Sequence record: SRR20825010_784
Reading direction: 5' to 3' (one strand)
DNA length: 45,084 bases
A program made the position numbers and the translations under genes. Positions 1-10,539 of this stretch are shown here, one piece after another. Numbering within the stretch: the stretch's first letter is position 1; every line of letters starts with the position of its first letter. The notes under the pieces are model-generated. The model saw nothing but the letters and a program-made list of their open reading frames with translations. It was not told the DNA's origin and made no database searches.

Positions 1-2
1 CC

Positions 3-1544
3 ATTCCGTTCTGGCCACATGCATGGATACTAGCCGCTCTGGCCGGCGGACTAAGTGTTCTGGGCGCCATTGATCTGATGCAAACCCACCACGCCGTACT
101 TCGCAATTATCCTATCCTTGGCCATATTCGCTATTGGATGGAAACAATTCGTCCCGAAATTCGGCAATATTTGCTGGAGGCCGACAATGACGCGCTTCCC
201 TTTTCGCGCAGCCAGCGATCGCTCGTCTATGCGCGCGCAAAGAACGAACGCAGCGACAAGCCATTCGGAACACTTATGGACGTCTATCAAGACGGATACG
301 AGTTCATCAGCCATTCCAACCGCCCCGTGGAAATGCGTGACCCGGAAAGTTTCCGCCTCACAATCGGAAACGAACAATGCAGCCAGCCTTATTCGGGATC
401 CATCCTCAACATTTCCGCCATGAGTTTTGGCGCCCTGTCAGCCAATGCCATCGGCGCACTCAATCGTGGCGCAAAAATCGGTGCCTTTGCCCATGACACA
501 GGTGAAGGTGGCATCTCCGCCTATCATCGCGAACATAATGGCGACCTAATCTGGGAAATCGGCAGCGGCTATTTCGGCTGCCGCGACAGTAATGGCAATT
601 TCAATGCAGAGCGCTTTGCAGCCAATGCTTCAAACCCACAAGTCAAGATGATCGAGGTCAAACTGAGCCAGGGCGCAAAGCCGGGACAAGGCGGTATTCT
701 GCCAGGCTCCAAAGTCACCGCCGAGGTGGCCGAGGCACGTGAAGTGCCCGAAGGCAAAGATTGCATTTCACCACCCGGCCACAGCGCTTTCACGACACCG
801 CTGGAGATGATGGCATTCATCGCCAAGTTGCGCGAATTGTCTGGCGGAAAACCTGTCGGCTTCAAACTTTGTATCGGTCATCCATGGGAGTTCATGGGCA
901 TTGTGAAGGCCATGCTCAAAACAGATATCGTGCCCGATTTTATCGTAGTTGATGGCGGCGAAGGTGGCACCGGTGCCGCGCCTCTAGAGTTTGCCGATCA
1001 TTTCGGCATGCCTCTGCGTGACGGTCTGCTCTTTGTTCACAACACACTAACAGGTACGGGCCTGCGCGAACGCATCCGCATCGGCGCAAGCGGCAAGATA
1101 GTAAGCGCCTTCGATATTACCCGTGCATTAGCGCTTGGAGCGGATTGGGTGAATTCTGCGCGCGGCTTCATGTTTGCAATTGGTTGCATCCAGTCGCGCA
1201 GTTGCCACACAAACAAATGCCCGACAGGTGTCGCCACGCAAGACCCGCTGCGCCAGCGTGCCCTCGTGGTGCCCGACAAGGCGGAGCGCGTTGCCAATTT
1301 TCACCGAAATACACTGAAAGCTCTAGCACGCATGCTATCGGCTGCCGGTCTGGATAACCCCGAAGCACTAGGGCCTCATCACCTCGTGCGTCGCGTTAGC
1401 CTGACCGAAACCCGGCTCTTCTCGCAGCTCCACTATTTTGTAAAGACCAACGAGATTGTCGAAGGGTCCAATACGCTTTCGGAGTTTTACCGGACAAGCT
1501 GGTCGATGGCACGGGACGATAGTTTCGACCCGTGCCCAATGTGA
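3..1544 (+). CDS. FMN-binding glutamate synthase family protein (5' end lies outside the window)
   Basis: Motifs NISAMSFGALS, HDTGEGG, EVKLSQGAKPGQGG, DGGEGGTGAAP and Fe-S motif GCIQSRSCHTNKCPTGVATQD. The frame stays open from base 3 (IPFWPHAWILAALAGGLSVLGAIDL, a TM segment), so the true start is upstream of the window. Confidence 0.92.
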   Translation: MPFWPHAWILAALAGGLSVLGAIDLMQTHHAVLRNYPILGHIRYWMETIRPEIRQYLLEADNDALPFSRSQRSLVYARAKNERSDKPFGTLMDVYQDGYEFISHSNRPVEMRDPESFRLTIGNEQCSQPYSGSILNISAMSFGALSANAIGALNRGAKIGAFAHDTGEGGISAYHREHNGDLIWEIGSGYFGCRDSNGNFNAERFAANASNPQVKMIEVKLSQGAKPGQGGILPGSKVTAEVAEAREVPEGKDCISPPGHSAFTTPLEMMAFIAKLRELSGGKPVGFKLCIGHPWEFMGIVKAMLKTDIVPDFIVVDGGEGGTGAAPLEFADHFGMPLRDGLLFVHNTLTGTGLRERIRIGASGKIVSAFDITRALALGADWVNSARGFMFAIGCIQSRSCHTNKCPTGVATQDPLRQRALVVPDKAERVANFHRNTLKALARMLSAAGLDNPEALGPHHLVRRVSLTETRLFSQLHYFVKTNEIVEGSNTLSEFYRTSWSMARDDSFDPCPM

Positions 1545-1568
1545 CCTCTATTCTATGAGAAGAAAGTC

Positions 1569-3314
1569 TCAGCCTTCGGCAAAGACTTTCTTCAATTCAA
1601 TTTTGAGAATTTTGCCGTTGGCGTTACGCGGCAACGTTTCCGGCCAGAAATGAACTTTGACTGGCACCTTGAATGCTGCCAAACGGTCGCCCACAAATTT
1701 ACGCAGCTCTTCCTCGCTCGCCGAAGCACCAGGCTTGAGATGCACAACAGCACCCGGCTCTTCGCCCAGCGTGCGATGCGGTACGGCAACAATGGCCGCA
1801 TCCATCACCGCGGGATGCTCATAGAGAACATTCTCGACTTCCACGCAGTAGATGTTTTCACCACCACGGATCAGCATGTCCTTGGCGCGGTCGATGATGA
1901 AGCAGAAACCTTCCTCATCAATGCGGGCAAGATCGCCTGTATGCACCCAGCCATCAACAAAAGTCTCAGCTGTGGCTTCCGGCTTGTTCCAATATTCCTT
2001 CACGACATTGGGGCCACGGCCACAAAGCTCGCCCACTTCATTTGGCCCAAGCGTCTCACCATTGGGACCGATGACCTTGAGATCGCAAACCGGAATAGCA
2101 GGACCGCAGCTATTGGGACGGTTCTCGTAATCTTCACCGGCATGATGTGTGAACGTAGCCGAGGTTTCCGTCATGCCCCAGCCATTGCCAGGCGCAGATT
2201 TGGGGAATGTTTCCTTGATCTTGCGCACAAGCTCAGGGGCCGACGGTGCGCCGCCATAGGACACACCTTCAAGCGAGGAAAGATCATATTCACTGCGCTT
2301 GGGGTGTTCAATGAGCTGCCACGCGATGGTCGGCACGCCACCAGCACCTGTGATCTTTTCGCGCTCGATAAGCTGCATCGCCTGTTCTGCATCCCACTTG
2401 TGCATCATCACCAGCTTGGCGCCGGCAAAAAGTGATGGCGACATGATGGCGTGGCAACCTGTGGCATGGAAGAAAGGCACTGAGAGAAGGGTCGACTTTT
2501 GTGGCAGCGACGGGTCCGGCTGAGGTGGCATTTCACCACGACGCAAGAACGAACGCGCACCGGAAACGCCAGATGCCATAATGTTCGACATCATGTTGCG
2601 ATGAGTGCCAAGCGCACCTTTCGGCTTACCCGTTGTACCCGAAGTGTAAAAAATCGTGGCATCGTCATCAGACTCTAGCGCCACGTCCGGCAGCGGCTTG
2701 TCTTCGAGTTTGCCCCAGTCATTGACTGCGCCGACAACACTTTCAAACGTGGCCACATTGGCACCCGCATCGGCCGCACCCAGTCGAGCGACATAGACGC
2801 GTTCCAGTTCCTTGCAATTGCCCAGTATATCTTTAACGCGCGCGTAAAGCCCTGCATCGACAATAGCAACCTTAGAACCGGAATCGATCAGACCATATTC
2901 CAGTTCCTCGGCAGTCCACCACGCGTTAAGCGGGGTGACAATGGCACCGGTCAACGAAGCGCCATAAAAGGCAACTGGCCACTCAGGCAGATTGCGCATG
3001 ATAATCGCAACGCGATCGCCCTTCTTGACGCCTTGCGCAATCAGCTCGTGTGCGAATGTGATAGCGGCGCGTGCAAAGCCCTCGAACGTGGCGCGATCAT
3101 CATCCAACACCAGAAATGTCTTATCACCATGAACTCGCCCGGCGAGGAAAGCATCGCGAATGGTCGGCGGTGCATTCTTCCAAACCCGGATTTTCTGACC
3201 GCGAATGGTCTTTTCTTCCATTTCGAACATAATGCCCGGTGCCGTCAAAAAGGCATGGGCTTCAGCAATCGTCATGGCCGGCCAGGCGACCGTCGTCGTT
3301 TCGGAATTACTCAT
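1569..3314 (-). CDS. Class I adenylate-forming enzyme, long-chain fatty-acid-CoA ligase-like
   Basis: AMP-binding motifs FYTSGTTGKPKG, GWGMTET, HTGDL, DRAKDMLIRGGENIY, PRNANGKILK. Confidence 0.93.
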   Translation of the reverse strand: MSNSETTTVAWPAMTIAEAHAFLTAPGIMFEMEEKTIRGQKIRVWKNAPPTIRDAFLAGRVHGDKTFLVLDDDRATFEGFARAAITFAHELIAQGVKKGDRVAIIMRNLPEWPVAFYGASLTGAIVTPLNAWWTAEELEYGLIDSGSKVAIVDAGLYARVKDILGNCKELERVYVARLGAADAGANVATFESVVGAVNDWGKLEDKPLPDVALESDDDATIFYTSGTTGKPKGALGTHRNMMSNIMASGVSGARSFLRRGEMPPQPDPSLPQKSTLLSVPFFHATGCHAIMSPSLFAGAKLVMMHKWDAEQAMQLIEREKITGAGGVPTIAWQLIEHPKRSEYDLSSLEGVSYGGAPSAPELVRKIKETFPKSAPGNGWGMTETSATFTHHAGEDYENRPNSCGPAIPVCDLKVIGPNGETLGPNEVGELCGRGPNVVKEYWNKPEATAETFVDGWVHTGDLARIDEEGFCFIIDRAKDMLIRGGENIYCVEVENVLYEHPAVMDAAIVAVPHRTLGEEPGAVVHLKPGASASEEELRKFVGDRLAAFKVPVKVHFWPETLPRNANGKILKIELKKVFAEG

Positions 3315-3456
3315 GGTCTTACAGACACTCCCTGAAGGTCGGTTTCTTAATTTTTATTGTTTTTATGTGGCCGGAGAATGGGCGCGAGCAGCCCATCGGC
3401 GCAAGAAAAAATACGCCGTCCGCTGCGTCAAATCGCAAAATTCAAGCTGGACCGCG

Positions 3457-5268
3457 TCAGTCCGACGCAGCCGAAGCGGCTGCATCTTTGGCCTTGTTGG
3501 TCATATAGGCCCGCCAACCGCCAAATCGCGTGATCTCCTCTGCCCCTTCCAAACCGCTGGCCTCGCATAGAAAACCCTTCACCAGCTTGCCATTGGCAAG
3601 CTCCAGCGTCCCGATACACAAGGGAGAAGGCACGCCAGCCATGAAGTCACCCATGGATGAGCGGGGTAGACGCCAGACTTCCAACTCGATCTGGCCGCCG
3701 CCATCCGTCCGGACAAGACCGGGGCGATAAGGCGGACCACCAGCCAACGCATAGAAACGATAGGCAGCGGAAGTACGCGCCCGTTCGACAAACATGCCTC
3801 CCCGCGAGGTCAGTTCGTGATTGAGCGGCAGGCCACTCATATGAGCACCGACGACCGCCAACTCGATAAAGGCAACGTCTTCCGCCTTGGCCTGCAGCAC
3901 CGGACCACCCGAACTGATGCCCAAAGCTGCATGGACACGTGCACCAAGCTCCAACAAGCGAGCTTCTGCGAAAGCGGGAGCCGCCAAAGTGATGCCGAAA
4001 GGCAATCCATTTGCTCCTATTCCTGCCGGCACAGCTATCCCGCTCATATCAGCCAGATTCATGAAATTCGTATAGGTACCGAGCCGCGAATTCAATTTGA
4101 CCGGCTCTGCCAGAACATCAGCAACCCGATAAGTGGTAGGCGCGGTAGGCACAACCAGAACATCTATATCCGACATAATCGTTGATATCGTCCGGCTCAA
4201 AGCCTGCAAGCGATGGAACGCCTCGAAGGTCTCGACACTCGTTCGCTTGCGCCCCCCCTGAATGATCCCCGCGACAACCGGATCAACATCCTTGGCATGT
4301 GTATCTATGAATTTACCGACGGCAGCCGTGCGCTCGGCAACCCATGGGCCCTCATAGAGAAGGTTGGCAGCTTCACGGAAAGCAGAAAAATCGATCCTAC
4401 GTGCTCGACCGCCCAGATCCTCCAGTCGCGTGACCGCCTCTCCGAAGAGACGTTCGGCCTCGCTATCCCCGAAAAATTGGAGATCGGCGGCGCGCGGCGC
4501 CGCGAATGTAAAGGAAGCCCCTGCCACTACTGGATCAGAAGGCATAAGGGCTCGGCTGTAGGAATCCAGCGGATCAAATACTGCCGCCTGCTGGAAAACA
4601 GACTCTGCATCGTCCGTACTGAGTGCAAAAATAGAAACACAGTCCAAGGACCGACAGGCGGGCACCACACCTCGCGTCGATAGCAATCCCTTTGATGGCT
4701 TAAGCCCCACAATATTGTTGAATGCCGCAGGCACACGACCTGAACCCGCTGTATCTGTGCCGAGTGCAAACGAAGCAAGCCCTGCTGCTACTGCCACAGC
4801 AGAACCGGAACTGGACCCACCCGAGATATAGTCCTCATTGAAAACAGAACGCGGTGCACCATACGGCGAGCGAGTACCAACAAGGCCTGTGGCAAACTGA
4901 TCAAGGTTCGTCTTGCCAAGCACAAGGGCACCGGCGGCCACAAGATGCTTTACAACTTCGGCGCTCTCGGGCGGATGATAAGAGAATGCCGGACAAGCGG
5001 CAGATGTGGGCAAACCCTCCACATCGATATTATCCTTCACAGCAAAGACAGAACCAAAAAGGGCATGACGGCCTCGCGCTTCGCGAGGCATCGCATCAAG
5101 CTCGCGCGCCCGCGCCAACAGAGTGTCTCGATTGGTGAGCGAAATCCAAACAGCCTTGTCTTCATAGGCATCAATGCGGCGCAAAACCTCTTGCACAACA
5201 TCTTCAACCCTTACGCCGCCCGCATAAGCCGCTTGCAATGAAGCAAGCGAGAGAGAAAGCGATTTCAT
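3457..5268 (-). CDS. atzF: Allophanate hydrolase
   Basis: Amidase signature (KDNID, GGSSSGS, GTDTAGSGRVPA), GKTNLDQFATGLVGTRSPYG, C-terminal AVVGAHMSGLPLN domain; 4-nt overlap with the carboxylase gene. Confidence 0.96.
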   Translation of the reverse strand: MKSLSLSLASLQAAYAGGVRVEDVVQEVLRRIDAYEDKAVWISLTNRDTLLARARELDAMPREARGRHALFGSVFAVKDNIDVEGLPTSAACPAFSYHPPESAEVVKHLVAAGALVLGKTNLDQFATGLVGTRSPYGAPRSVFNEDYISGGSSSGSAVAVAAGLASFALGTDTAGSGRVPAAFNNIVGLKPSKGLLSTRGVVPACRSLDCVSIFALSTDDAESVFQQAAVFDPLDSYSRALMPSDPVVAGASFTFAAPRAADLQFFGDSEAERLFGEAVTRLEDLGGRARRIDFSAFREAANLLYEGPWVAERTAAVGKFIDTHAKDVDPVVAGIIQGGRKRTSVETFEAFHRLQALSRTISTIMSDIDVLVVPTAPTTYRVADVLAEPVKLNSRLGTYTNFMNLADMSGIAVPAGIGANGLPFGITLAAPAFAEARLLELGARVHAALGISSGGPVLQAKAEDVAFIELAVVGAHMSGLPLNHELTSRGGMFVERARTSAAYRFYALAGGPPYRPGLVRTDGGGQIELEVWRLPRSSMGDFMAGVPSPLCIGTLELANGKLVKGFLCEASGLEGAEEITRFGGWRAYMTNKAKDAAASAASD

Positions 5269-8200
5269 AGCGCACCCCCGGCAGCGGTAACATCGGTGCC
5301 GACATCCTCAAGCGGCAAGATGGTCACCAAGACCTGTCCAGCCTGCACCATATGGCCCGGTGTGCAATGCACTTCGAACACACGACCGCTCATAGGTGCC
5401 TTCATATCGATTTCCATTTTCATCGATTCCAGAACGACAAGAGACTGGTCCTTCGTAACCTCATCGCCCGGCGCCACGCCAATAGACCAGACATTGCCGG
5501 GAACACTGGCTTCAACGAGGCGTGCCCCGGGCGGCACATCGGATAGATCAAGCGCGTCAGGCACATCGGCTTCAGCCGCTTCAAGCTTGATACCCTGCTC
5601 TTCCCAACGCTGGCGTTCTTCTTTGAAGGCCTGACGCTGTACTTTACGGAAGGCGGCAATCTCTGCTGCATTCTCATCAAGAAATGCAAGGTAGTCGGAC
5701 AAGCGGAAGGATGACTCCTCGATTTTCACTTCATACTGGCCATGCGGGAAAGCGGCGCGCGCCTCTACCAAATCTTCAGCCGATACTTCGAAGAACCGGA
5801 TACGATCAAAGAAACGCAACAGCCATGGCGAGCCTTCTTCGAAATTCTTCGTAGTGCGCCATGTATTCCACATCTGCACCGTGCGACCGACAAGCTGATA
5901 GCCGCCAGGACCTTCCATCCCATAGACGCACATATAGGCACCACCAATGCCAACAGCATTTTCAGGTGTCCAAGTGCGCGCCGGATTATATTTCGTTGTC
6001 ACAAGGCGATGGCGTGGATCAAGCGGCGTTGCCACCGGCGCGCCTAGATAAACGTCACCCAGACCAAATACCATGTAGTCGGCTTCATACACGATGCGAC
6101 GTACATCATCGATACTATCCAAACCGTTGATCCGCCGAATGAACTCGATATTGGACGGGCACCATGGTGCGTTGGGATTGACCAATGTCTGATACTTCAG
6201 TACCGCTTCGCGAGCAGCTTCGTCATCCCATGACAATGGCAGATGCACGATGCGGCTTGGCACCTCGATATCGCGTGTAGCAGGCAAGGCGCGCTCGGTC
6301 TCTTCCACCAGTCGCAACAGCTTGCGCAAGGGTAGTCGATCAGGGTCAAAATGAATCTGAAGAGACCGGATACCGGGTGTCATCTCGATAATGCCGGAAA
6401 GACGTCGCGCAACCAACGCTTCCATCATTGCATGCGCACGGAACCGCAAAGCAAAATCAAGTTCCATCGCGCCGTATTCGATAAGCAGATAGTCGTCGCC
6501 CGCCCGACGATACGTGACAGCAACTTCCAGATCAGTAATCCGGTCGATTATTGCCTGCCCTATGCCGGGAAGACCCGCACCATGCGGTCCGCTCTGCGGA
6601 CGCTTGAGGGTCTTCACCCAAGCCTCCTCTTCATGGCGCAATTTCTCGGCCTCATCATCACCAATCCGGCGAAACCGCAATTTGTCGCCCGGACGCAGTT
6701 GGCCGACTTTCCAGAGCTCGGCCTTTGCGATTGTTGCCGGGCATACAAAGCCTCCAAGACTTGGGCCATCGGGACCAAGAATGATCGGCATGTCGCCCGT
6801 AAAATCGATCGTACCGACGGCATAGGCATTGTCGTGAATATTCGACGGATGCAGACCTGCCTCGCCACCATCAAGACGCGCCCATTTGGGCTTAGGTCCA
6901 ATAAGACGAACACCAGTGCGTGCCGAATTGTAATGAACTTCATAAGTCGCACTGAACAATGTCTCAATATCTTCGTCTTTGAAGAAGTCTGGCGCACCAT
7001 GAGGACCATAGAGTGCTGCTATATCCCAGTGACGACCCAATACCGGACGATCAGCCTCTGGCAGCGCCCCTTCTTGAATATCGCTCACTGCCCCCTTGCG
7101 ATTAACCCGCAAGACATCACCTGTCTTGAGCGCGCCTGTCGCATGCCCTCCAAATCGACCCAATGTGAATGTCGAACGACTACCAAGATAAGACGGCGCA
7201 TCAAATCCATGACGAATGGCTAGATAACCACGCTGACCGGCAGTAACCACATCGCCGATCTCCAGCGTTTGACCACGCTTTACTTTCAGTGCCTGAAAAT
7301 GCGCAACAACCTCACCGTCAATTTTGGCAAGCATATCTGCACCCGTCAGAGCCACAATAGCATCTGTGCGGAAAAACAACGTCGGACCATTCAAAGTCAT
7401 TTCAAGCGCTGGCGCGCCATCAGAATTACCGACAAGTCGGTTCGCCAGTCTGAGTGAAAGATTGTCCATTGGCCCTGACGGCGGTACACCAACATCCCAA
7501 TAACCTGTGCGACCTGGATAATCCTGAATAGTGGATTGTGCTCCGGGTGTTACAACATCAATTGTCGCAGGATGAAACGAGAATCCCGCCAATGTGGAGG
7601 TGCGCATAGAACCGCCAAGAAAAGACGGAGACCGCACGAGCTGGCGTAGGTAATCAAGATTTGTCTCAATGCCATAAACGGAACTTTGATCAAGTGCGGC
7701 AGCAAGCTTCGTCACGGCGTCCGCTCGGTTGCGACCATGCACAATGATCTTGGCAAGCATCGGATCATAAAAGGGCGTAACCTCGGTGCCTGTCTCAATC
7801 CAACCGTCTACACGGGCATTGGCAGAAAATTCCACACTTGTGAGCAAGCCTGATGAAGGCTGGAAATTGCGTGCGGGATCTTCCGCATAAAGGCGCACCT
7901 CAATCGAGTGACCATTGCTCTCACGTTGGTAGCGCGAAAGATCGCCAAGATCGCCCGCCGCCTGCTTGATCATCATCTCCACAAGATCAAGTCCGGTCAC
8001 CTCCTCGGTAACAGGATGCTCAACCTGAAGACGTGTATTTACCTCCAGAAAATAGAACTTCGCCTCCGCCGCATCATAGATAAATTCCACGGTTCCGGCC
8101 GAAGCATAGGACACAGACCGACCAAGCTTGACCGCTGCCTCATGCAGGTCGCGCCGCATTGCGTCAGACAAATGTGGCGCAGGCGTTTCCTCTATGACTT

Positions 8201-8906
8201 TTTGATTACGCCGCTGAGCAGAACAATCGCGCTCGCCCAGCGCAATTACATTGCCTGCACCATCGCCAAAAATCTGCACCTCAATATGACGCGCCTCGGC
8301 GACGAACTTCTCAATAAACAACCCTGCATCTTTGAAATTCGCCAATGCAAGACGTTGAACCGTTTCGAATAGGCGCGGCAATTCCTCGGCCGAACGGCAA
8401 AGCTGCAAGCCGATCCCGCCGCCGCCTGCCGTGCTTTTCAACATGACTGGATAACCGATCCGATTAGCCCAATCTTTCGCATCGGCCAGCGATTCCACAA
8501 GCGGAGAACCGGGCAGAAGCGGCACACCGCTTTTCTCTGCTAGAGCGCGTGCTGTATGCTTTAGCGCAAAAGATTTCATATGCTGCGGGGAGGGGCCAAT
8601 AAAGGTCACACCGGCAGCTTCAATCGTTGATACGAAATCCGGATTCTCACTCAGAAACCCATAACCGGGATGTACCGCTTGCGCCCCGGTCTGTCGTATC
8701 GCTTCGCAAATCGCATCCACATTGAGATAACTCGCGGCAACATTGGCCGGTCCGACGCAAACAGCTTCGTCTGCCATCATGACATGGCGGGAAAAGCGGT
8801 CGGCTTCAGAATAAACTGCCACCGACTTTACGCCCAGAGCCTTTAGGGACCGGATCACGCGGCAGGCAATCTCACCGCGATTGGCCACCAGAACTTTCGT
8901 AAACAT
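5265..8906 (-). CDS. uca: Urea carboxylase family enzyme, probably guanidine carboxylase
   Basis: Biotin carboxylase (ANRGEIA, HPGYGFLSEN, FLEVNTRLQVEH), carboxyltransferase (HPSNIHDNAYAVGTIDFTGDMP, TTKYNPART) and biotinyl domain (ESMKME); Asp in the IDFTGD motif; cgdAB and guanidine riboswitches adjacent. Confidence 0.95.
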   Translation of the reverse strand: MFTKVLVANRGEIACRVIRSLKALGVKSVAVYSEADRFSRHVMMADEAVCVGPANVAASYLNVDAICEAIRQTGAQAVHPGYGFLSENPDFVSTIEAAGVTFIGPSPQHMKSFALKHTARALAEKSGVPLLPGSPLVESLADAKDWANRIGYPVMLKSTAGGGGIGLQLCRSAEELPRLFETVQRLALANFKDAGLFIEKFVAEARHIEVQIFGDGAGNVIALGERDCSAQRRNQKVIEETPAPHLSDAMRRDLHEAAVKLGRSVSYASAGTVEFIYDAAEAKFYFLEVNTRLQVEHPVTEEVTGLDLVEMMIKQAAGDLGDLSRYQRESNGHSIEVRLYAEDPARNFQPSSGLLTSVEFSANARVDGWIETGTEVTPFYDPMLAKIIVHGRNRADAVTKLAAALDQSSVYGIETNLDYLRQLVRSPSFLGGSMRTSTLAGFSFHPATIDVVTPGAQSTIQDYPGRTGYWDVGVPPSGPMDNLSLRLANRLVGNSDGAPALEMTLNGPTLFFRTDAIVALTGADMLAKIDGEVVAHFQALKVKRGQTLEIGDVVTAGQRGYLAIRHGFDAPSYLGSRSTFTLGRFGGHATGALKTGDVLRVNRKGAVSDIQEGALPEADRPVLGRHWDIAALYGPHGAPDFFKDEDIETLFSATYEVHYNSARTGVRLIGPKPKWARLDGGEAGLHPSNIHDNAYAVGTIDFTGDMPIILGPDGPSLGGFVCPATIAKAELWKVGQLRPGDKLRFRRIGDDEAEKLRHEEEAWVKTLKRPQSGPHGAGLPGIGQAIIDRITDLEVAVTYRRAGDDYLLIEYGAMELDFALRFRAHAMMEALVARRLSGIIEMTPGIRSLQIHFDPDRLPLRKLLRLVEETERALPATRDIEVPSRIVHLPLSWDDEAAREAVLKYQTLVNPNAPWCPSNIEFIRRINGLDSIDDVRRIVYEADYMVFGLGDVYLGAPVATPLDPRHRLVTTKYNPARTWTPENAVGIGGAYMCVYGMEGPGGYQLVGRTVQMWNTWRTTKNFEEGSPWLLRFFDRIRFFEVSAEDLVEARAAFPHGQYEVKIEESSFRLSDYLAFLDENAAEIAAFRKVQRQAFKEERQRWEEQGIKLEAAEADVPDALDLSDVPPGARLVEASVPGNVWSIGVAPGDEVTKDQSLVVLESMKMEIDMKAPMSGRVFEVHCTPGHMVQAGQVLVTILPLEDVGTDVTAAGGAL

Positions 8907-8955
8907 TTTTTGTCTCCATGAGCCTTTCGGGGGTAAGACTCGTCTCGGACGCGGC

Positions 8956-9582
8956 TTAGCCGTTCCAGATCACTGTACGAATGGGGGTCGGATTGAAATC
9001 GTTGCAAGGATTGTTGACCTGCGGACAATTGGAGATCACGCAGATCACGTCCATCTCGGCACGCAACTCGACATAGTCGCCGGCCTTTGAGACACCATCG
9101 ACAATCGCTAATGTACCGGATGGCTCCACAGGCACATTCATAAAGAAGTTGATGTTGCTCACAATGTCACGCTTAGTCATACCCAGCCGCGACAGCTCGG
9201 TAACGAAATTGTCCCTGCAGCTATGCATGAATTTCACATCATGCCCGAAGCGCACCGTGTTGGCTTCAGCACTGCAGGCACCTGCTGATGTATCATGCCC
9301 GCCCGATGTATCCGTAATGATGGTCGCCATGACGCGACCTTCATTGGAGAGCAGCGGCGTACCAGTGCTAATGTAGGGAGAGCCCTGCTCGCGCAGCGTA
9401 TCCTGCGCGCTATAACGCTCTGACGTGTCATGTGCATTGTAGAAAAGCGTATCCACAGCCTGACAGCCTTCACTGTCAACAATCCGCAGAATTTCACCCT
9501 TGCGCACTATATGCGACCAAGGCTGCCCAGCCGGAACCACAAAATCGTAAGAAGCGGTGGAGAGATCACGTGTCTTAGTCAT
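8956..9582 (-). CDS. cgdB: Carboxyguanidine deiminase subunit B (UAAP2, DUF1989)
   Basis: QAVDTLFYNA, ERYSAQDT, HDT..GACSAEANTVRF, NINFFMNVPV, SNCPQVNNPCN; directly upstream of the carboxylase. Confidence 0.92.
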   Translation of the reverse strand: MTKTRDLSTASYDFVVPAGQPWSHIVRKGEILRIVDSEGCQAVDTLFYNAHDTSERYSAQDTLREQGSPYISTGTPLLSNEGRVMATIITDTSGGHDTSAGACSAEANTVRFGHDVKFMHSCRDNFVTELSRLGMTKRDIVSNINFFMNVPVEPSGTLAIVDGVSKAGDYVELRAEMDVICVISNCPQVNNPCNDFNPTPIRTVIWNG

Positions 9583-9585
9583 AGT

Positions 9586-10431
9586 TCAAGCCCCCGTCAC
9601 ACGGGCTGTCTCCAGGGAGACCAGCGCATCAGTATTGTCGAAACCGCGGATCGCCTCTTCGCACGACGTACGGCAGAAATCATCGGCACATGCATCGGGT
9701 GATAGCCAGCGAACAAGCTCGACCGGCGAGGGTTCGTAATCACCGGGCGCAAGCGGATGCGGCGCGTTGGACACTAAAACAAGAATATCCATCTCCGCAC
9801 GCAGATCGACATAGTCCCCTTCCTTGGGAAGCGGCGGGTTCCATTGAAAGCGACCTTCGGCATCGACGGAGACAGGTGCAAAAAAAGTTATGCAAGGCGG
9901 GATATCAGTCTTTGACAAACCATGCTTGGCCACAAGCAAGACAAAATTCCCACGCGTATGCCGCAATGCCGCGTCACCATATTTCGCCTTGTTAGTCAGC
10001 GCTGTAGAACCGCCTGCTAGCGCGTCATGACGACCATAAGTGTCATCGGTGATCGATGCCAGAACACGACCCATATCCGAATAGAGCAGCTTGCCTTTGT
10101 GTAAGGCGGCAGACCACTGCACTTTGACCGTGTCACCAACATTCAACCGTTCGGTCATCTCTGCCAAACGATAAATCAGCACCGACACACCGCTGGTATT
10201 CGCTCCAGCAATAATCCGCAAGGATTGACCACGCGGAATAATTAGTGACGTACCCCACCCGCCCGGCAGCCTTTCGCTTGCACAAATAAGCTCGTCATCA
10301 ATTACAGCGGGATTACCTTTCGCCTCCGCAAAGTCGCGTCTGGCCGCCCGTCCACGTGCGTAGAGCTCTTCATAACGGGAGCGTTGTGCCGCATAAGGGT
10401 CGGTTTTCGCGTTGTCCTGAGATGTCATCAT
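9586..10431 (-). CDS. cgdA: Carboxyguanidine deiminase subunit A (UAAP1, DUF1989)
   Basis: ERLNVGDTVKVQ, LYSDMGRVLASI, HDALAG, DLRAEMD, SNAPHPL. AAGGAG SD at 10442-10437 favours a start at 10431 or 10428 rather than 10449. Confidence 0.9.
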   Translation of the reverse strand: MMTSQDNAKTDPYAAQRSRYEELYARGRAARRDFAEAKGNPAVIDDELICASERLPGGWGTSLIIPRGQSLRIIAGANTSGVSVLIYRLAEMTERLNVGDTVKVQWSAALHKGKLLYSDMGRVLASITDDTYGRHDALAGGSTALTNKAKYGDAALRHTRGNFVLLVAKHGLSKTDIPPCITFFAPVSVDAEGRFQWNPPLPKEGDYVDLRAEMDILVLVSNAPHPLAPGDYEPSPVELVRWLSPDACADDFCRTSCEEAIRGFDNTDALVSLETARVTGA

Positions 10432-10469
10432 CTCAACTCCTTGTATCATCGCACCCGCCGCAACGGGAT

Positions 10470-10527
10470 AACCGGTCGTCCGGTCGCGCCACTTATGTGG
10501 CTCGATGTCCTAACGGGTCGTCCCGTC
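10470..10527 (-). ncRNA. Guanidine-II riboswitch (mini-ykkC)
   Basis: Minus strand has two ACGA-tetraloop hairpins, GACGGG-ACGA-CCCGTT (10527-10512) and GACCGG-ACGA-CCGGTT (10485-10470), with a 26-nt linker, just upstream of the cgdA SD. Confidence 0.9.
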
Positions 10528-10539
10528 AAGAGCGGTTGA

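Noticed and set aside
8907-8955. Possible third guanidine-II hairpin (GACGA) before the carboxylase
   Set aside because: Flanks do not form a stem closing an ACGR tetraloop, and there is no partner hairpin
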